NCBI GenBank assembly: GCA_951406725.2
Contig: OX597816.1
Location: forward strand, 92,442,001 to 92,506,000
DNA from: Octopus vulgaris
Lineage: Eukaryota
Direction of reading: 5' to 3'
DNA length: 64,000 bases
Shown here in pieces: positions 41,460 to 55,909 of the stretch. Below the pieces are notes generated by a model. The model had not been told where the DNA came from and ran no database searches. It worked only from the letters and a program-made list of their open reading frames with translations. The position numbers and the translations under genes were made by a program. The stretch's first letter is position 1. The number at the start of each line of letters is the position of its first letter.

Positions 41460-41904
41460 TACACACACACACACATACACACACACAGGTATATGTGTCT
41501 AACACAAAAATTTACACAAGAACAAAAAATTAGTTTGATATATGCGTATTCACTTCTTGCGGAGATTTAATGGAAATGGATTAACATTAAAAGTTCTCTG
41601 TTTCATTGAAAAGTCTAAATATTAAATATTGTAATGCATGCAATTTTATATTGTATTGATTTATGAATATTAAGCAAATGATAGTGTTCAATATCGTTAG
41701 ATAGAGCTAAATATAATTCTAATATTTATCGTTAAACATCTAAATAGTCACAAACCACACATACCGATATTAAAATATTAAAATAAATATCAGGATATAT
41801 GTAATTGTTGTTGCTCACATTGTTTAAGAGCAAGATATCTCTGATCCAGTAAATATCTGCAAAAACGTATTTCAGTCTTTGTAAAGGTCTCTGTTATGTC
41901 CTTC

Positions 41905-42125
41905 TTAGTGGCTCGGGTGTTGCTATCACGTTTGCGAGATCGTGGTTTTCGATTCCTAGACCGGCTGCGTATTGTGTCTTTGAGCAATGCATCTAATTTC
42001 ACGTGGGTTCAGTTCACTCATCTTGTGACTGATTGGCGTACAATCCGAACGGAGCTCTCACAAGCCTCGTTTTCCATACAGCGATCGATTGACTGAATAG
42101 TACAACCCGTACCTTGAAGCCAGAG
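41905..42125 (+). mobile_element. tRNA-derived SINE (third family)
   Basis: CTTAGTGG A-box and TTCGATTCC B-box, then GTGTC.TTGAGCAA.GCA; related copy at 53011-53290. Confidence 0.65.
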
Positions 42126-43069
42126 GAGTTGCGTATTTGTGGCTCAACTCTGTTCCTTTATTGATTGTCAAACGACTGTGTTAGCATTGTCGGTGATATA
42201 ATTATTTGATCGTCAAATTTATTGAATGTATGTAAGGTGCAAAATCTTTGCTTTTGCATAGAGATTTGTACTCAATACTATAATTCAATGAATTACATTT
42301 ACATTAGTCTCTGTTAGTAAGCAGGTATTATACTATTTTATGTTACGTCCGTATACACAGGTGGATGTTAACCGTTATCCTTTTTGTGCTGTGACCGTAG
42401 CCATATATTAATATCACAAGCATTCTTGCTCCCAGTGCTTCTGTGATGCTGCTGAAAGAAGCTGATCGCACTTTAAAACCATAAACACACGCATACATAT
42501 ACATGTGCAAATATATGTGAATGGGTTATAGTATTGTACTGGAAATTCATGTTTGAACAAAGGACTGTGAAGTTTTAAGTATCGATCCAATCGTACCGTC
42601 TAATAAGGAAAACTTTCATGAACCATGCCAGAACAATTCAACATTTGAATAACAAAGTCTTGCACAGATTTATTGTTTGGTATAGTTGGATTGTGTATAA
42701 TATATGAATTATAAAACCAAGTTCATTTTACAAGAAACCAAGATCAGCCATTCTCTAATCTTGAGTGTTCAAGTGTTCAAGTGGTTGGGCAACGGCTTCT
42801 CGGTCATAGGTTTGTGTCGTTCAGTTCCTTGGACTAAGGCACGTACTTCACATTGCTCCAGTCAACATACCTGGCAAAAATTATGTTTAAGATTGACTTA
42901 GCTCCCAGTCAGCGCAATGCCAAATCCTAACTTTAACATTTGCCAATACTTTGATATAGGTCGGTTGGAATATATATTCTGATGATCCAGTAATGTTGGG
43001 GATATGGCTAAATTTGTATTTTAGTAGTGGATTCACAGGCTACTCCATGTCATCTTTCTCAGTATACTC

Positions 43070-43411
43070 TTTTACTCTTTTACTTGTTTCAGTCATTTGA
43101 CTGCGGCCATGCTGGAGCACCGCCTTTAATCGAGCAACTCAACCCCGGGACTTATTCTTTTGTAAGCCCAGTACTTATTCTATCGGTCTATTTTGCCGAA
43201 CCGCTAAGTAACGGGGACATAAACACACCAGCATCGGTTGTCAAGCAATGCTAGGGGGACAAACACAGACACACAAACACACACATGCATATATATACAT
43301 ATATACGACGGGCTTCTTTCAGTTTCCGTCTACCAAATCCACTCACAAGGCTTTCGTCGGAACCATATGGTTGGTAAGCAAGCTACTTACCACACAGCCA
43401 CTCCTGCGCCT
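43070..43411 (-). mobile_element. tRNA-derived SINE with internal (CA)/(TA) tract and small internal deletion
   Basis: Minus-strand head AGGCGCAGGAGTGGCTGTGTGGTAAG; related copies at 9983, 16340, 33960, 35190. Confidence 0.75.
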
Positions 43412-43542
43412 ATATGAACATGGTTTCTCAAAATCTTTGGTTTAGCGCCTACAAATATGTATCTATGTATGTCTCTGCACACACACACACACACACACGC
43501 ACGCATAAACACACACACACACATACACACACACACACGCAC

Positions 43543-43606
<64 letters not shown>

Positions 43607-43989
43607 ACACAATAGGATGGACAAAATGAACTTGCCGTGCGAAGTAGAAGCCGTTTCGGAAAATTTTTCTTGATGGAGAATGAGAAGATGTAAAATTCAG
43701 CTGTCTCTCTTTAATTTCACTCAGGTAAACTGTTTTTTAAAAAGAAAATACTCTAGTCGAAACGCTGGATTTTCCACTCTTCATAGCAAGTTCACTGCAT
43801 TTGTTTTGCCGATTTTCTTAATAATACAAGTTATTCCCGACGCAAACTGAGAAGAGCACTTTAGGTGTCTGTTTGATCATGTGTGTGTATGTATATATAT
43901 ATATATATATCAATACAGTCCTAATCTCTCCTCCTTTCCTCCCTTCCTTCCATTTTTCTCTTTCTCCTCTTTTATGTATATAATGAGAG

Positions 43990-44038
<49 letters not shown>

Positions 44039-44379
44039 TGCTTTCGGAAACAATGACTGAATCAAGGGTGACATCTTCAATTGTAATTAAATTTCAATGT
44101 GATGACTACATCGATACAATATAATTGAAGAGAAGCCTCTTTCTGTCTCTCTTCCTCTCCTCGTTGCTTTCCTTCGTCTTTCTTTCTTGTCCTTCTTCCT
44201 ATCTTTCTCTCTTTTTTCCTTCCCCCCCCACCAACAAAATGTCTCTCCTTCTACACAAAACAAAACAACATTCACTTTTCGAAAGGCGGAAAAAATGCTC
44301 TGTACATCGTCTTGAGTTCAATTGAATGAACGAAAGCACTAATAAGGAATTAGCCGAAAATCTGACTGCCCCATTCTTC

Positions 44380-44456
<77 letters not shown>

Positions 44457-46083
44457 CCTTTTTTATACATAAAATAAACCTTTTGAAAGTGTCTCGACGC
44501 TTAAGTCAAAGTTTTGGCCACAAATTAGCAGATAGATATTTAAGCTGAAACAGCTTATATATCTTTCTGCTAATTCTGTTTCAGAATACTAATTTTGTTT
44601 CAGAAAAAAAACATTTCTTCGTACGTATATCGTTACGAAGGTTCAAATAAATACAAAATGGACAATTCCCAAATAGCTTTAGACTTTTAATTAATCGGAA
44701 AGGAAGGCAAAATGATTTTTCTAAATTGAATTTGTGGAGTATGGTTCATAAAAATATAATGTAGGTGTATAAATTACGAAACGCCTAGAGACTTACTTTA
44801 CAAAACACTTATTACAATATACCGAAAAACATGCTGTTTCGTAGAATATAGTTTAATTTAGTGTTTAAATGTTGTCAAATGGTAATCTTTCGTTCTGAGT
44901 TCACATCTAGCCAGGATCTGCATTGTCGCTTCAACCGCTCCGTTTTACACAGTTTTTTTTCTACTAGAAAGAAACTAAAATAAGTTAAACGAATAGAAAA
45001 GAAATATATTTTGAATTTGTATAAATACCTACATATATTTACATACACATTTTCGTTTAATAATTTCATACATTCGGTAATAATTTTAGATTCAAAATTC
45101 TATTATGCCAAAATATATAGAAAAATGTATAAAATTCTTGCCAAAAACATAACATGACTTACACAGATTTTATGTTTGGAATACCAAACCTTGTAGATGC
45201 AGTTATAAAACGGCATAAAACGTTGAGAGGCTGCCAATACACACTGACTTGACTGTAAATAAGGTCAGAAAGCAATTAAAGGTATGCATTTAGCCCACTT
45301 AATATATATATATATATATAAAGGAAGAAAACAGAAAAGAGAACTCAAATCAAAAGTAAGACAATTTTTCAGAATTAATTTTCAGTCGATGTAAATCATT
45401 ATTTTAAATCTAAATGTTTTGTTTCTCATGTGATTTTAGATTTTTAGCTTTGCAGAGAAAGCAAAGTAGATGTATACCTAAATAGAATAATTACTTTAAA
45501 AAACGAAAGATTTTTCAAATCTCTAAAAGCTTTTTTATGAGCGAAATGTTCTAGTCGTGGTCGTCGTCTACTTCTTTTACTGTTGCCAATTCTTTTTCTT
45601 TTTTAATTTGTATTGCTATACATACGTATAAGACACGCATTTATATACAACACTGTTTCATAACTAAATGCGTTCGCATACAGGGTTAGAATTTCATTTT
45701 AAGGGAGGCTTGTAGTGAATTTTTTAAACTGTGAGAATAGTCAAGCACTTCGAAACGTATACACACATACACACACATATATATCGGGATACATTGGGTC
45801 TGATACGACCCAAATCTAGCTAACATTGTCGAGAGGGAACACACACAATTGTTTAACATAAACAATTAAACGATACTTCACTCGATAGGCAAATCATGAG
45901 TCCATCTGATTGGATTTCAAAACGCATACATAGTTTTTCAACAGGACATCACAAAGAAAAAGGGAAAATTATGCATCTTCAGAATTTATTTGATATAGGA
46001 TTTTTTCTCATTAAATTCCAGGCACGTGTCAAATAAATTTCGAACAACACTGCATTATTCATGATATCATGATTATATGTATA

Positions 46084-47253
46084 CAGGATGTACCCAAAAA
46101 ATGTATACACACTTTAGCAGCTGATGTTTTTTTTCTTTCCCGGTGAAACATATTGGAATTAATGATAGCAGTCAGACTAAGATTTGAACAAAGGAAATTC
46201 GTTCTAAAATGCTACTGGAAGTGTGAAAACGCATTTGAAGTGCAAAGACATTTTAAGAGGGAGTTTCAAACAGATCCTTCAACATGATCTAAATTAGAGA
46301 TAAGTATGAAACCGATGGAGCTGTTCAGAATGTCCACGAATAGCGTTCCGGAAGAGCACAAACATCGACAACCCCTACAAAGTAAGAAGGAATGCTGGGA
46401 ATGTATCACCAAAGTCCAAGAAAGTCTGTGCGGAAAGTGAGTCTTGAAGTAGGTATTTCAAAATCGTATGTCCAACGCATTTTGAAGCGTTGACAATGGT
46501 AAAGTTACGTTCCAAGATTAGTCCATGCTATTAATGACGATGATCTAGACCGATGTTTGTAGTATTGCGAGTGGTACTTGGCACGACGTGTAGAAGATGC
46601 ACACTTTCCAACAAAGATTGTGTGGAGCGCTGAGGCCACATTCAAATTAAATGGTTCAGTTAACCATCATAATTGTACCTACTGGGAACCTGAGAATCCG
46701 CATGTTATGTCGGAAAGCAATGTTAATTTACCAGAAGTTACAGTGTGGTGTGGTTTATTATCGAAACGATTAATTGGACCATTCTTTTTTTCACACTATT
46801 GTGACTGGTCCCATTTACTTGAACTTGCTGCAACAGTCTGTCATGCCAAGCATTAGAGAAGACTTTGAAGATGAGGAGTTGTATTTTCAGCAAAATGGGG
46901 TTTCTTTGAATACTCTGTGCGTTCACCAAACATCACAGCACTAGACTTTTTTATGGAGATACCTAAAAGACAAAGTCTACGCTATGAAACCTGCAACAGT
47001 CACTGATTTGAGTGCAACCATTGAACGAGAATGCACACAAATACCAAACGAATTGTTTCGTGATGTTTGCGAATCCATTGCGTCGCGTTGTCAGCAGTGT
47101 CTGCACCAAAACGGACGTCAGTTTGTAAACAGGCATTCGCAAAACAATAAAATAATGTCAGCAGATTCTATTAAATTTTTAAAATGAAATGTATTTTAAT
47201 AAACACCTACTTTATAATTATTATTCAAAGTGTGTATATATTTTCGGGACACC

Positions 47254-47256
<3 letters not shown>
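46084..47256 (+). mobile_element. Tc1/mariner-superfamily transposon (probably DD41D/rosa-like), decayed
   Basis: TA-flanked TIRs CAGGATGTACCCAAAAAATGTATACACACTTT / AAAGTGTGTATATATTTTCGGGACACCCTG; [27 protein letters not shown]; VWCGL....LIGPFFF; FQQNG; LDFF..YLKDKVY; RCQQCL.QNGRQF. Confidence 0.88.
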
Positions 47257-47325
<69 letters not shown>

Positions 47326-47621
47326 TTATATATAGTCACTATGATGATACTTAGACCTCTTATAGGGATATTTTTAGCCAAGATACACAGGTTTAATATA
47401 TTCTATTTTGAAGAGATATTTCTTCAATGAATATATTATATAAACTATCATAAAATATCAAATATTATTAAGATTGAAAACGGAGAGATCTAGTGGATAC
47501 AAATTAATTCATTAAATTAATTGACATATTCAACTACAATTGTTTAATTTCACAACCAAAATGAAAACTACAAAACATATATATAAATATATAATCTTGC
47601 ATTTTAAAATACCTTGGATGG

Positions 47622-47681
47622 AAAAATGATCGGGACAAAAATGATCGGGACAAAAATGATCGGGACAAAAATGATCGGGAC
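47622..47681. repeat. Perfect 15-bp minisatellite, 4 x AAAAATGATCGGGAC
   Basis: Directly visible. Confidence 0.95.
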
Positions 47682-47795
47682 ATTACTAGGATTACAGTGT
47701 GATCCGTTGGAATGCTCAGAATATATAATCATGTTTATTATGTGCATTATGTGAATTATGTTTGTTATGTATATGCGTGTATATTATATATATAC

Positions 47796-47841
<46 letters not shown>

Positions 47842-47971
47842 TATATACATATATATATATATATGTTTATATATATATTTATATATGCTTTGTAGTTTTA
47901 AGTGAATATGTTAATTAATTAATAAATTAATTTGTATCCACTAGATCTCTCCGTTTGCAAATTTAATAATC

Positions 47972-48027
<56 letters not shown>

Positions 48028-48335
48028 ATATATACATACATATGTGTGTGTGTGCGTGTGTGCGTGCATGTGTGTGTGTGTATGTATAAGAACTTTACAA
48101 GCCACAGCAAACACACAGATTATTTGTTTATAGTAAACAAATGCTTGTGTAGACATAAGCTCAAATTCCGCCGAGGTCGACTTCCACAGAGTTTCTGTCT
48201 AACAAATTTACTCACAAGCCATTGATCGGCAAAGTAAACCTCTTAATTACACAGGAATGTTTGTATTAATAGTTTGTGCATAAATCTACAGAGGTTGCTA
48301 TGCATAGGGGAACAAACACAAAATAGCACCCCCCA

Positions 48336-48371
<36 letters not shown>

Positions 48372-49272
48372 GTTTTCAATACAGTGTGCGACAAACGAAA
48401 TCACTCACAATTTGCTGCAAAGAGGACAGAACCCGAAACCACTTTATTGTGACGCGAATTTCTTGACACACACTCTATGTATATGTGTGTGTGCGTGCGT
48501 GTGTTCGTGTACGTGCGTGTATATCCGTGTTTGTGCGCTTATGGAAGAGAACGTCATGTGTGAGTGCTTGTATGTGTGTGACACACAAACACGCACACTC
48601 ACGTGTACTTGTCAGCTATATATACTATAATTAGATGTTTTCTATCTCATTAGGACAATTCTCAATATTCACCACAGAATACAAAACAGTTTGAAATCCC
48701 TCGACTAGAAATAACCTAGCATATATTTAAATTTATCATAACTATGTTAATTCATTGGTATTTTTCAGACAGTTGACACGTCTTCTCTGAAATGTTTATT
48801 TTTTATTTTTCAGTAGTTGTCTTTTCTTATTTATTTTGCGAGGTATTAAAAAATAAAATCTTTCCCACTAATCACAGATGAAGGATGACTCTAAGAGGAA
48901 TTGATGGACATTATTGCCAAGAAAGTAGCAAAACCGAATGCAAAATTGCAAACACCAAGTCTTAGGTGATCCGTCAATGTTATTACTATATTTAAAATAT
49001 TACAATTTCTGTCAGTATATCTACTTTTTGTGTGTGCGAGAGAGTATATATGTAACTGTGTACAATATATATATATATATATATATATATCGCTTAAGTG
49101 TTTCTTGTTTTCTCCTGGTATTTTTGGCATTATTTAAATTCCTGTATTTAAGATTCCTTGACGCAGCCATTAATTACTCTACTCATTATTTAATCTACGA
49201 GTAAAATCTACGAGTCCCAGGCAGCATTATTTGTTTACATGACTACGTTCCAAACTTTTTCTCGCATCTTAC

Positions 49273-49682
49273 TTCTTTACTGCCCTCAAGGGGCTACACA
49301 CAGAAGGGATAAACAAGGACAGACAAACGGATTAAGTCTATTATATCGACCCCAGTGCGTAACTGATACTTATTTAATCGACCCCGAAAGGATGAAAGGA
49401 AAAGTCAACTTCGGCGGAATTTGAATTCAGAACGTAGCGGCAGACGAAATACATATTTCTTTACTACACACAAGGGGCTAATCACAGAGAGGACAAACAA
49501 GGACAGACAAATGGATTAAGTTGATTATATCGACCCCAGTGCGTAACTGGTACTTATTTAATCGACCCCGAAAGGATGAAAGCAAAATCGACCTCGGCGT
49601 AATTTGAACTCAGAACGTTGCGGCAGACGAAATACGGCTAAGCATTTCGCCCAGCGTGTTAACGTTTCTGCCAACTCGCCGC
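49273..49682 (-). mobile_element. Tandem dimer of the Nin-like SINE
   Basis: Two ~185-bp direct copies (49273-49452; 49456-49635); only the right-hand copy continues into the head (to 49682). Confidence 0.8.
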
Positions 49683-52319
49683 ATTAGACGAATAATAATA
49701 TTAACAAATACAATGAATACAGAATTTTGATATAAAAACAAAAACATTACATATTACATAAATGTATTATAGAGGTAGCAGTCTTCCGACCAGGTATAGA
49801 AGAAGATATTCAGCACAAAGGAAAAAAGGAGAGACTAAAGTCTCGTATTAGAATGAGATAAAAAGAAAACAAAAAAAGAGCGTCTGATGAGTATTTTTTT
49901 ATCAAAGTATATAGTGTTTCTTTATAGAACTGAGTTGTTATTAAGAAATTTGTTTATATTGAGAATATGTTTTTCTGGTTTAAATGTGTCAAATATTTTA
50001 ACGTCTTGATTATATTTGACAGAGGTATCAATAGAGTGTTTCAGATCTTAATCTGAAACTCTAAAATATGACAGAAATAATGCAATACAAAATATTATCT
50101 AAGCAATTGAAAACCTTAAGAGATGGCCTAAGTCGCTGGCAATGATTACAAATTCTGATAAGGAAAACACCAGAGAAATATTTCGCTCTTACGGAAACGC
50201 TGATTTAAAATCATTATGTATAAATTTGTTGATTGTGCGAATTTCAATAATAGGAATCATCACATTTTTTATACTATGTATTAGATGATAGCATTACTGT
50301 AAATGTATATTTTCAAAGTATTTTACAGAGAAAAAACGAAATACCTTGAAGACTTAAAACGTTGCCTGATTTAACTCCAACGTTTAACAACTTAGTTGCA
50401 TCAGCGGAGTACATTCTGTTGTAAGCATTTGGTCAAAGCTTCTAACTCCCTCCATCGTTCCCACCGGAGACCATGCTTCTCTCCTGCTTAAAAAATGCTC
50501 GAAGAACTGATGTTGAGAGTAAAATGTATTTGTCTAAGAATGAGAGTAAAATGTATTTGTCTAACAATGAACATTAAAAAACACCTAATGTGTCTTTTAC
50601 CATAATATTCATACTAAAACACTATACAAGTACAGCTATATGAATATGCAACTATTTACACTTGTCGTTGAAACAGATTTATACAGATACTCATGTTCTT
50701 GTCATATGTATTCGTATTTCTAACTGTAGTTAACTTATATTTAGGCTTGTGGTTAGATTTAGAGTCAATACATACCTGCTAGTTAAAGAGGTGATTAGTA
50801 TAATTTGTAATTGAACGAAGATTACGCAACACTAGATACTATAGAAGCATGTTTCAGAAGTCGTATATTGAGTATATTGATTTTTTGAAGGCTGTTTCTA
50901 TGAACGATAAACTAAAAGCTTCTCTTTGTTCTCTTTATCATATAAATGTATGCTTAAATCAAAAAATTTTGAAAGTATGTCTTGAATTAGTTGGAAGAAT
51001 AATCAGAGTTGCTTAATTATAATAAAAAGCTGTAATTAAAATTTAATACAGCTCTCGTTTCAATTACGATGTCTTTTCCTAGAAAACCGTAACCTACATA
51101 AATTTAGTAAATGTTATTTGATCAAAAACTTTCTAATGGAATTGAGAAAGATGGAAACTGGATTATATACGAGCACTCTAGAGTTGGTGTTTATTGTGTT
51201 TATACCGAGTTCAAATTTGCTTTATCTCCACTTGTGACGTTGATATAATAAATACCACTTTACTGGAATCGATATAATCGACTTACAGTCGCAGATATAA
51301 TAGTATTGTAAGGATATCTATTTCTTTGCTACTTGTTTTCGGTCTTGATCCCATTGCATAGAACGTTGAGCAAGTGTTTTCTACTATGGCCTTTAAAGTA
51401 TTCTACCAGAACTTTATAAATGATAGCCAAGAGATAGAAATTGTTCTGAAGCCCGCCGTTTTTCTTGGCTGGTAAGTTTAAACCATCGCTCGTTTTAACA
51501 TCAACAACAGGAAACGTTATGATGAAAGTTATTTAGTGGAGTCCATTCAGTAACAAGCGATCAGGTTATGGGTAGGTTCTGGCGGTAATTTTACCCTTCC
51601 TACTAATCATAGAGGATTTGGAAAGAATCATGGGTGCTGCTCTTTCTACTCTAGTTAAGCCATTAAAATAAATCTTTAAAGACACACTCATCATATGGTT
51701 GCGTTTTGTAATTGAAATCAGTAACTGAATTAGAGCAAAGTATGAAACTGTATTTCTGGACCAGTAAAATAACAGCTGAAAAAGAATGCGAGACATATAA
51801 GCCACACCAGCACTGTCAAGTTTGGTATAAATATATTCGGATGAATGTATAAGAAAAACTCAGTTTGGAACTTAAGAATTTAAGTTAATTCTCTAGATAT
51901 GAAGACAAAAAAAAAAATACCAAGTAATATGATTTCAGTTGAAAACTTAGAAAACTTAGGAAGAGAGATTTTGATGTCAAATAAAAAAAACAAAAAAAAA
52001 ACAAGAGGCACGAAGCTGGCGTTCTTAAGAATTTAAACATGTCCTTTTTTATAATCGAATGTATAGTAAGTGGAGGTGCTTAGTTTGACAAGACGATCGA
52101 TCTTCTTGTTTGAAGGTGAATTGATTTAAGAGATGATTGTTATCTAGGGATTTCTTATCATGTAGATTTTAACTCTGCCATATATTTAGGCAGGAAAAAT
52201 GTCAGTAATGACCGTAGTCTTTGATTTCCATTATGTTGAAATCATCGAAAAGTTTTGTTAGAAGCGCCTTGCACTGAGTTGTTGTAAACACTGGAGCTCA
52301 TTGCAATATGCGGCTATTA

Positions 52320-52740
52320 TCTAATAATAATGGTTTTAAATCTTAGCACAAAGCCTCCAATTATGAGTTGTGATGACAAATTGATTACATCGACACCAGT
52401 ACTTGATTGGTAATTTGTTTTATCGACCCGAAAAGGATGAAAGTCAAAGCTGACATTTATAGATTTTGAACTCGGAAGGGAATGAACCGGAAGAAATACC
52501 ATGAAGTACTTATTCGAAGCGCTAACGATTATGCCAGCTCACCGCCTTAATGACAACTACAACAACAACAACAACAACAATAATGATAATAATAATCCTT
52601 TCTACTAAAGGTATAAGGCATAAAATATTGAGCGAGGTGGCTTGTAGACTACATTGATCCCTGTCGTCGACTGACACTTATTTGATCGACCCCGAAAGGA
52701 TGAAAGGCAAAGTCGATCTCGGCAGAATTTGAACTTAAAA
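52320..52740 (-). mobile_element. Two Nin-like SINE copies separated by (CAA)/(TAA) repeats
   Basis: ATCGACCC(C)GAAAGGATGAAAG.CAAAG motif at ~52422 and ~52685. Confidence 0.7.
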
Positions 52741-53010
52741 TTTATTTGAACGTAAAATTATTAATATAAATAATAATACTTTTATTATTGTTGTTATTCT
52801 CCTACCTTACGGTATTGTTCTTGCGCGATAATACTGCGAGGGTACCAGCAAGGATTACATCAATCCCAATTTTTTTGCTACCTCTCCAATGTTGGCAGAA
52901 CGAAAAGCAAATTGGGGAGGTGAAAAGCTAAATCCCATCTATTGTGTTCTAATAACTTTTCAGCCTACTCTGTGATATTCATGAATTTAATGCATAGTTA
53001 TATGTATGTG

Positions 53011-53290
53011 AAGGCGTGTGGTTTAGTGGTTCGGGTATTCGGCTCACGATCGTAAGGTTGTAAGTTCAATACCCGGCAGCGTACATTGTCTCTTGATCAA
53101 GACACTTTATTAATGAGTGGTACCTGTATTTCAAAGGGTCAGCATTGTCATTTTTCAGTCACGTTGAATCTCTCTAAGAACAGATTTAGAGGTACGCATG
53201 TCTATGGAGTGCTCATCCGCTTGCACGTTAATTTCAGGAGCAAGCTGTTCGGTTGATGAAATCAACTGGAACTCGTTCGCCGTGACCATT
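53011..53290 (+). mobile_element. tRNA-derived SINE (family of 41905)
   Basis: AGGCGTGTGGTTTAGTGGTT A-box, GTTCAATACC B-box, GTCTCTTGATCAAGACACTT. Confidence 0.65.
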
Positions 53291-55756
53291 GTATGTTTAG
53301 AAAACTACTCAGTAGTTTGGATTGTTCTTTATAATACTGCGGTATTATTCAATATATTCATCCATTTTAAGATGAAATTATTGAATTTGAAGGTTGTTGG
53401 ACTGCTTCGTTGATGCGTTCGTTGAGTGGCAAATTGTTTTGCAAATATTTTTGGTATGCTATTAACATTTAAATTTGAGAGCATGCAGTACCACTTTCAC
53501 AGGGTATTGGATGCTTATTTTTATTTCACTAAGTAGTTGATATCACTATTGCGTCTAGCCGTGAGGGAACTGCAAAATTAGTGTATGTATAGTTTAGGCT
53601 TCGGTACACTCCTGGGAAACACTCTCTTTGGAAATATTGTATTACTGCACTGTAACTGAATTATAAAAAGCAACGATTGACATGAAACTCAATTGGCATT
53701 AACTCGCTCACAGACAAACTTCATCCTTTGGTCCAGAGAACAGGCTGTCTCCCCTTTTTGCCTTTTCTGAGTTCTGGAGTGAGTTGGCCAGGGCCTCAAG
53801 TAAGGTCTGGGCTAGGCGGAAATTACACTTCTGTGGTGTATTCGAAGTTTGAGTGCTGTAATTGAAAGATATTTATGAATCACAAGTAAAAATGAATGCA
53901 TCGTTTACAGAGAAAAATAAAACAAGCTATTTTTGAAAAGGAAGGAAATTATACACATATGTTCTTGAGGCTATTTCAGTCCCTGCTATAGATGTGTAAT
54001 TATTGCGAAGAATAAAAAATTCATGAACTGATAAAATTAACCAAATTTTGTACTATTGTGGACGAATGCTATTGTTGTACTATTGACCAAATTTTTCATC
54101 TGATCACAGGAAATATAATTATATGTTCTTGTAACAGAGACGAGTCAATATAAGAGTAATATGCGTTAATGAGCTTATAATCTCACAATTTTATATTTTG
54201 TGAGTAGATAGATTATCCGATTGTCATCAAATACGTTATTGCAGCTTACCTGGATGTTATATGATAGCGTATTACTCATGAATATTTATTCTTGGCAAAC
54301 TGTATCACTGATGCATGGTAAACGTTTTCTAGCATCATGTAATAGTAGTAGTAGTACAGTAGTAGTAGTAGTAGTAGCAGCAGTAGTAGTAGTAGTAGTA
54401 GTAATAGTAGCTGTAGTTAAACTAATGATGATGATGATGATTATGATAAATCAGCAAAATTATCGTCTTTGCAAATAATGATATGCAGGAGAGGGTTGGC
54501 AGTATTTTCAGTGCTAAAAATATAGGACAATGATGATATTTGATAATATTTTAATCGATTCTTAAAACCTCTTCGTTCATGGAATATCGCCAGCAATTTC
54601 ATCTCTACAACAATGATGCCGTACAGGACCAGCTTTTTTGTTGGCAGTGTTGTCTTTGTCAGATTAAAGTCAGCCAACACAACTGTCATTAATTAAGATT
54701 AATTTTGATTTATGATACACTATTTAGAGATAATTATGTTTTTCTTGATCATTTATATCATTTACAGTCATCGAACAATAGATAGTCCATAGTAATACGA
54801 TCAAATTTTAACTTTTTCTGCAACTCAATCTTATTGCAATCCTCAAAAATGACAATTGCGGTCAACCCCTTGTAATTATCATGCTTATTACAGTGAATCA
54901 TATGCTATCCGTTCTAAGAAACAAGTTATGTTCGTCTCTTTGTATGCATCTATATTAATTAATTTAGTTACAAATGTCACAGTACCAAATTTATAATCAC
55001 CTTAAATTTATAATTATTTTCCATTTAGCATACGTTCGTTAACTAGTTAATTAATGATAGATTATATTTCTTATATAATAAATGTATCATTCCCAATACA
55101 CAAAGCTATGTAGTTTTATATAAAACTATACTTTCTTTTACAAACGGATGATATTATTGCTCAACAAGTTTAGATCTATATAAAAGAGACAAAAATATAC
55201 ATATATATAGAAAGACCGTGTAATTACTTAGACAAACCTAACGTTCAAATGATTTTGCTAACTATATTTCTGGGTCATTTGTAAACATGACCGACGATTG
55301 CAGGATCCGTACTTTTATATTAAATATATATGATGTACGCATTCCCTTTGTTTTACTCAAATTTTAATAGAACATTTTCTATAAATCAAGATTTTTATTT
55401 CGATTTTCTAATTAATGACTTAACGTTTAGAATAATTAATGAATTATATTTCTACACATTTTAGAGATTACCTATCAAATTAAATGAAATGAAAATATAT
55501 TCTGTAATGATGTTAATATATCCGAGAATATGAGTAAAATGCGTAATTGCTTTCTTAAAAACACAAGACAAATAACACCTTACAAAAAGTCAAGAAAAAT
55601 AAACGAAAATAATTTCTACGATTCATATTTCAAAATATCAAGTATATTTTAAAGAAACATGCACCAGTCATTTACAACTAATTAAAGTGAACTTCTCTTA
55701 AAAGTACTTTCTTTTATACATACATACATACATACATACATACATACATACATACA

Positions 55757-55828
<72 letters not shown>

Positions 55829-55833
55829 CACAC

Positions 55834-55909
<76 letters not shown>

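Noticed and set aside
47622-47681. CRISPR-like repeat
   Set aside because: No spacers, no cas genes, eukaryotic context
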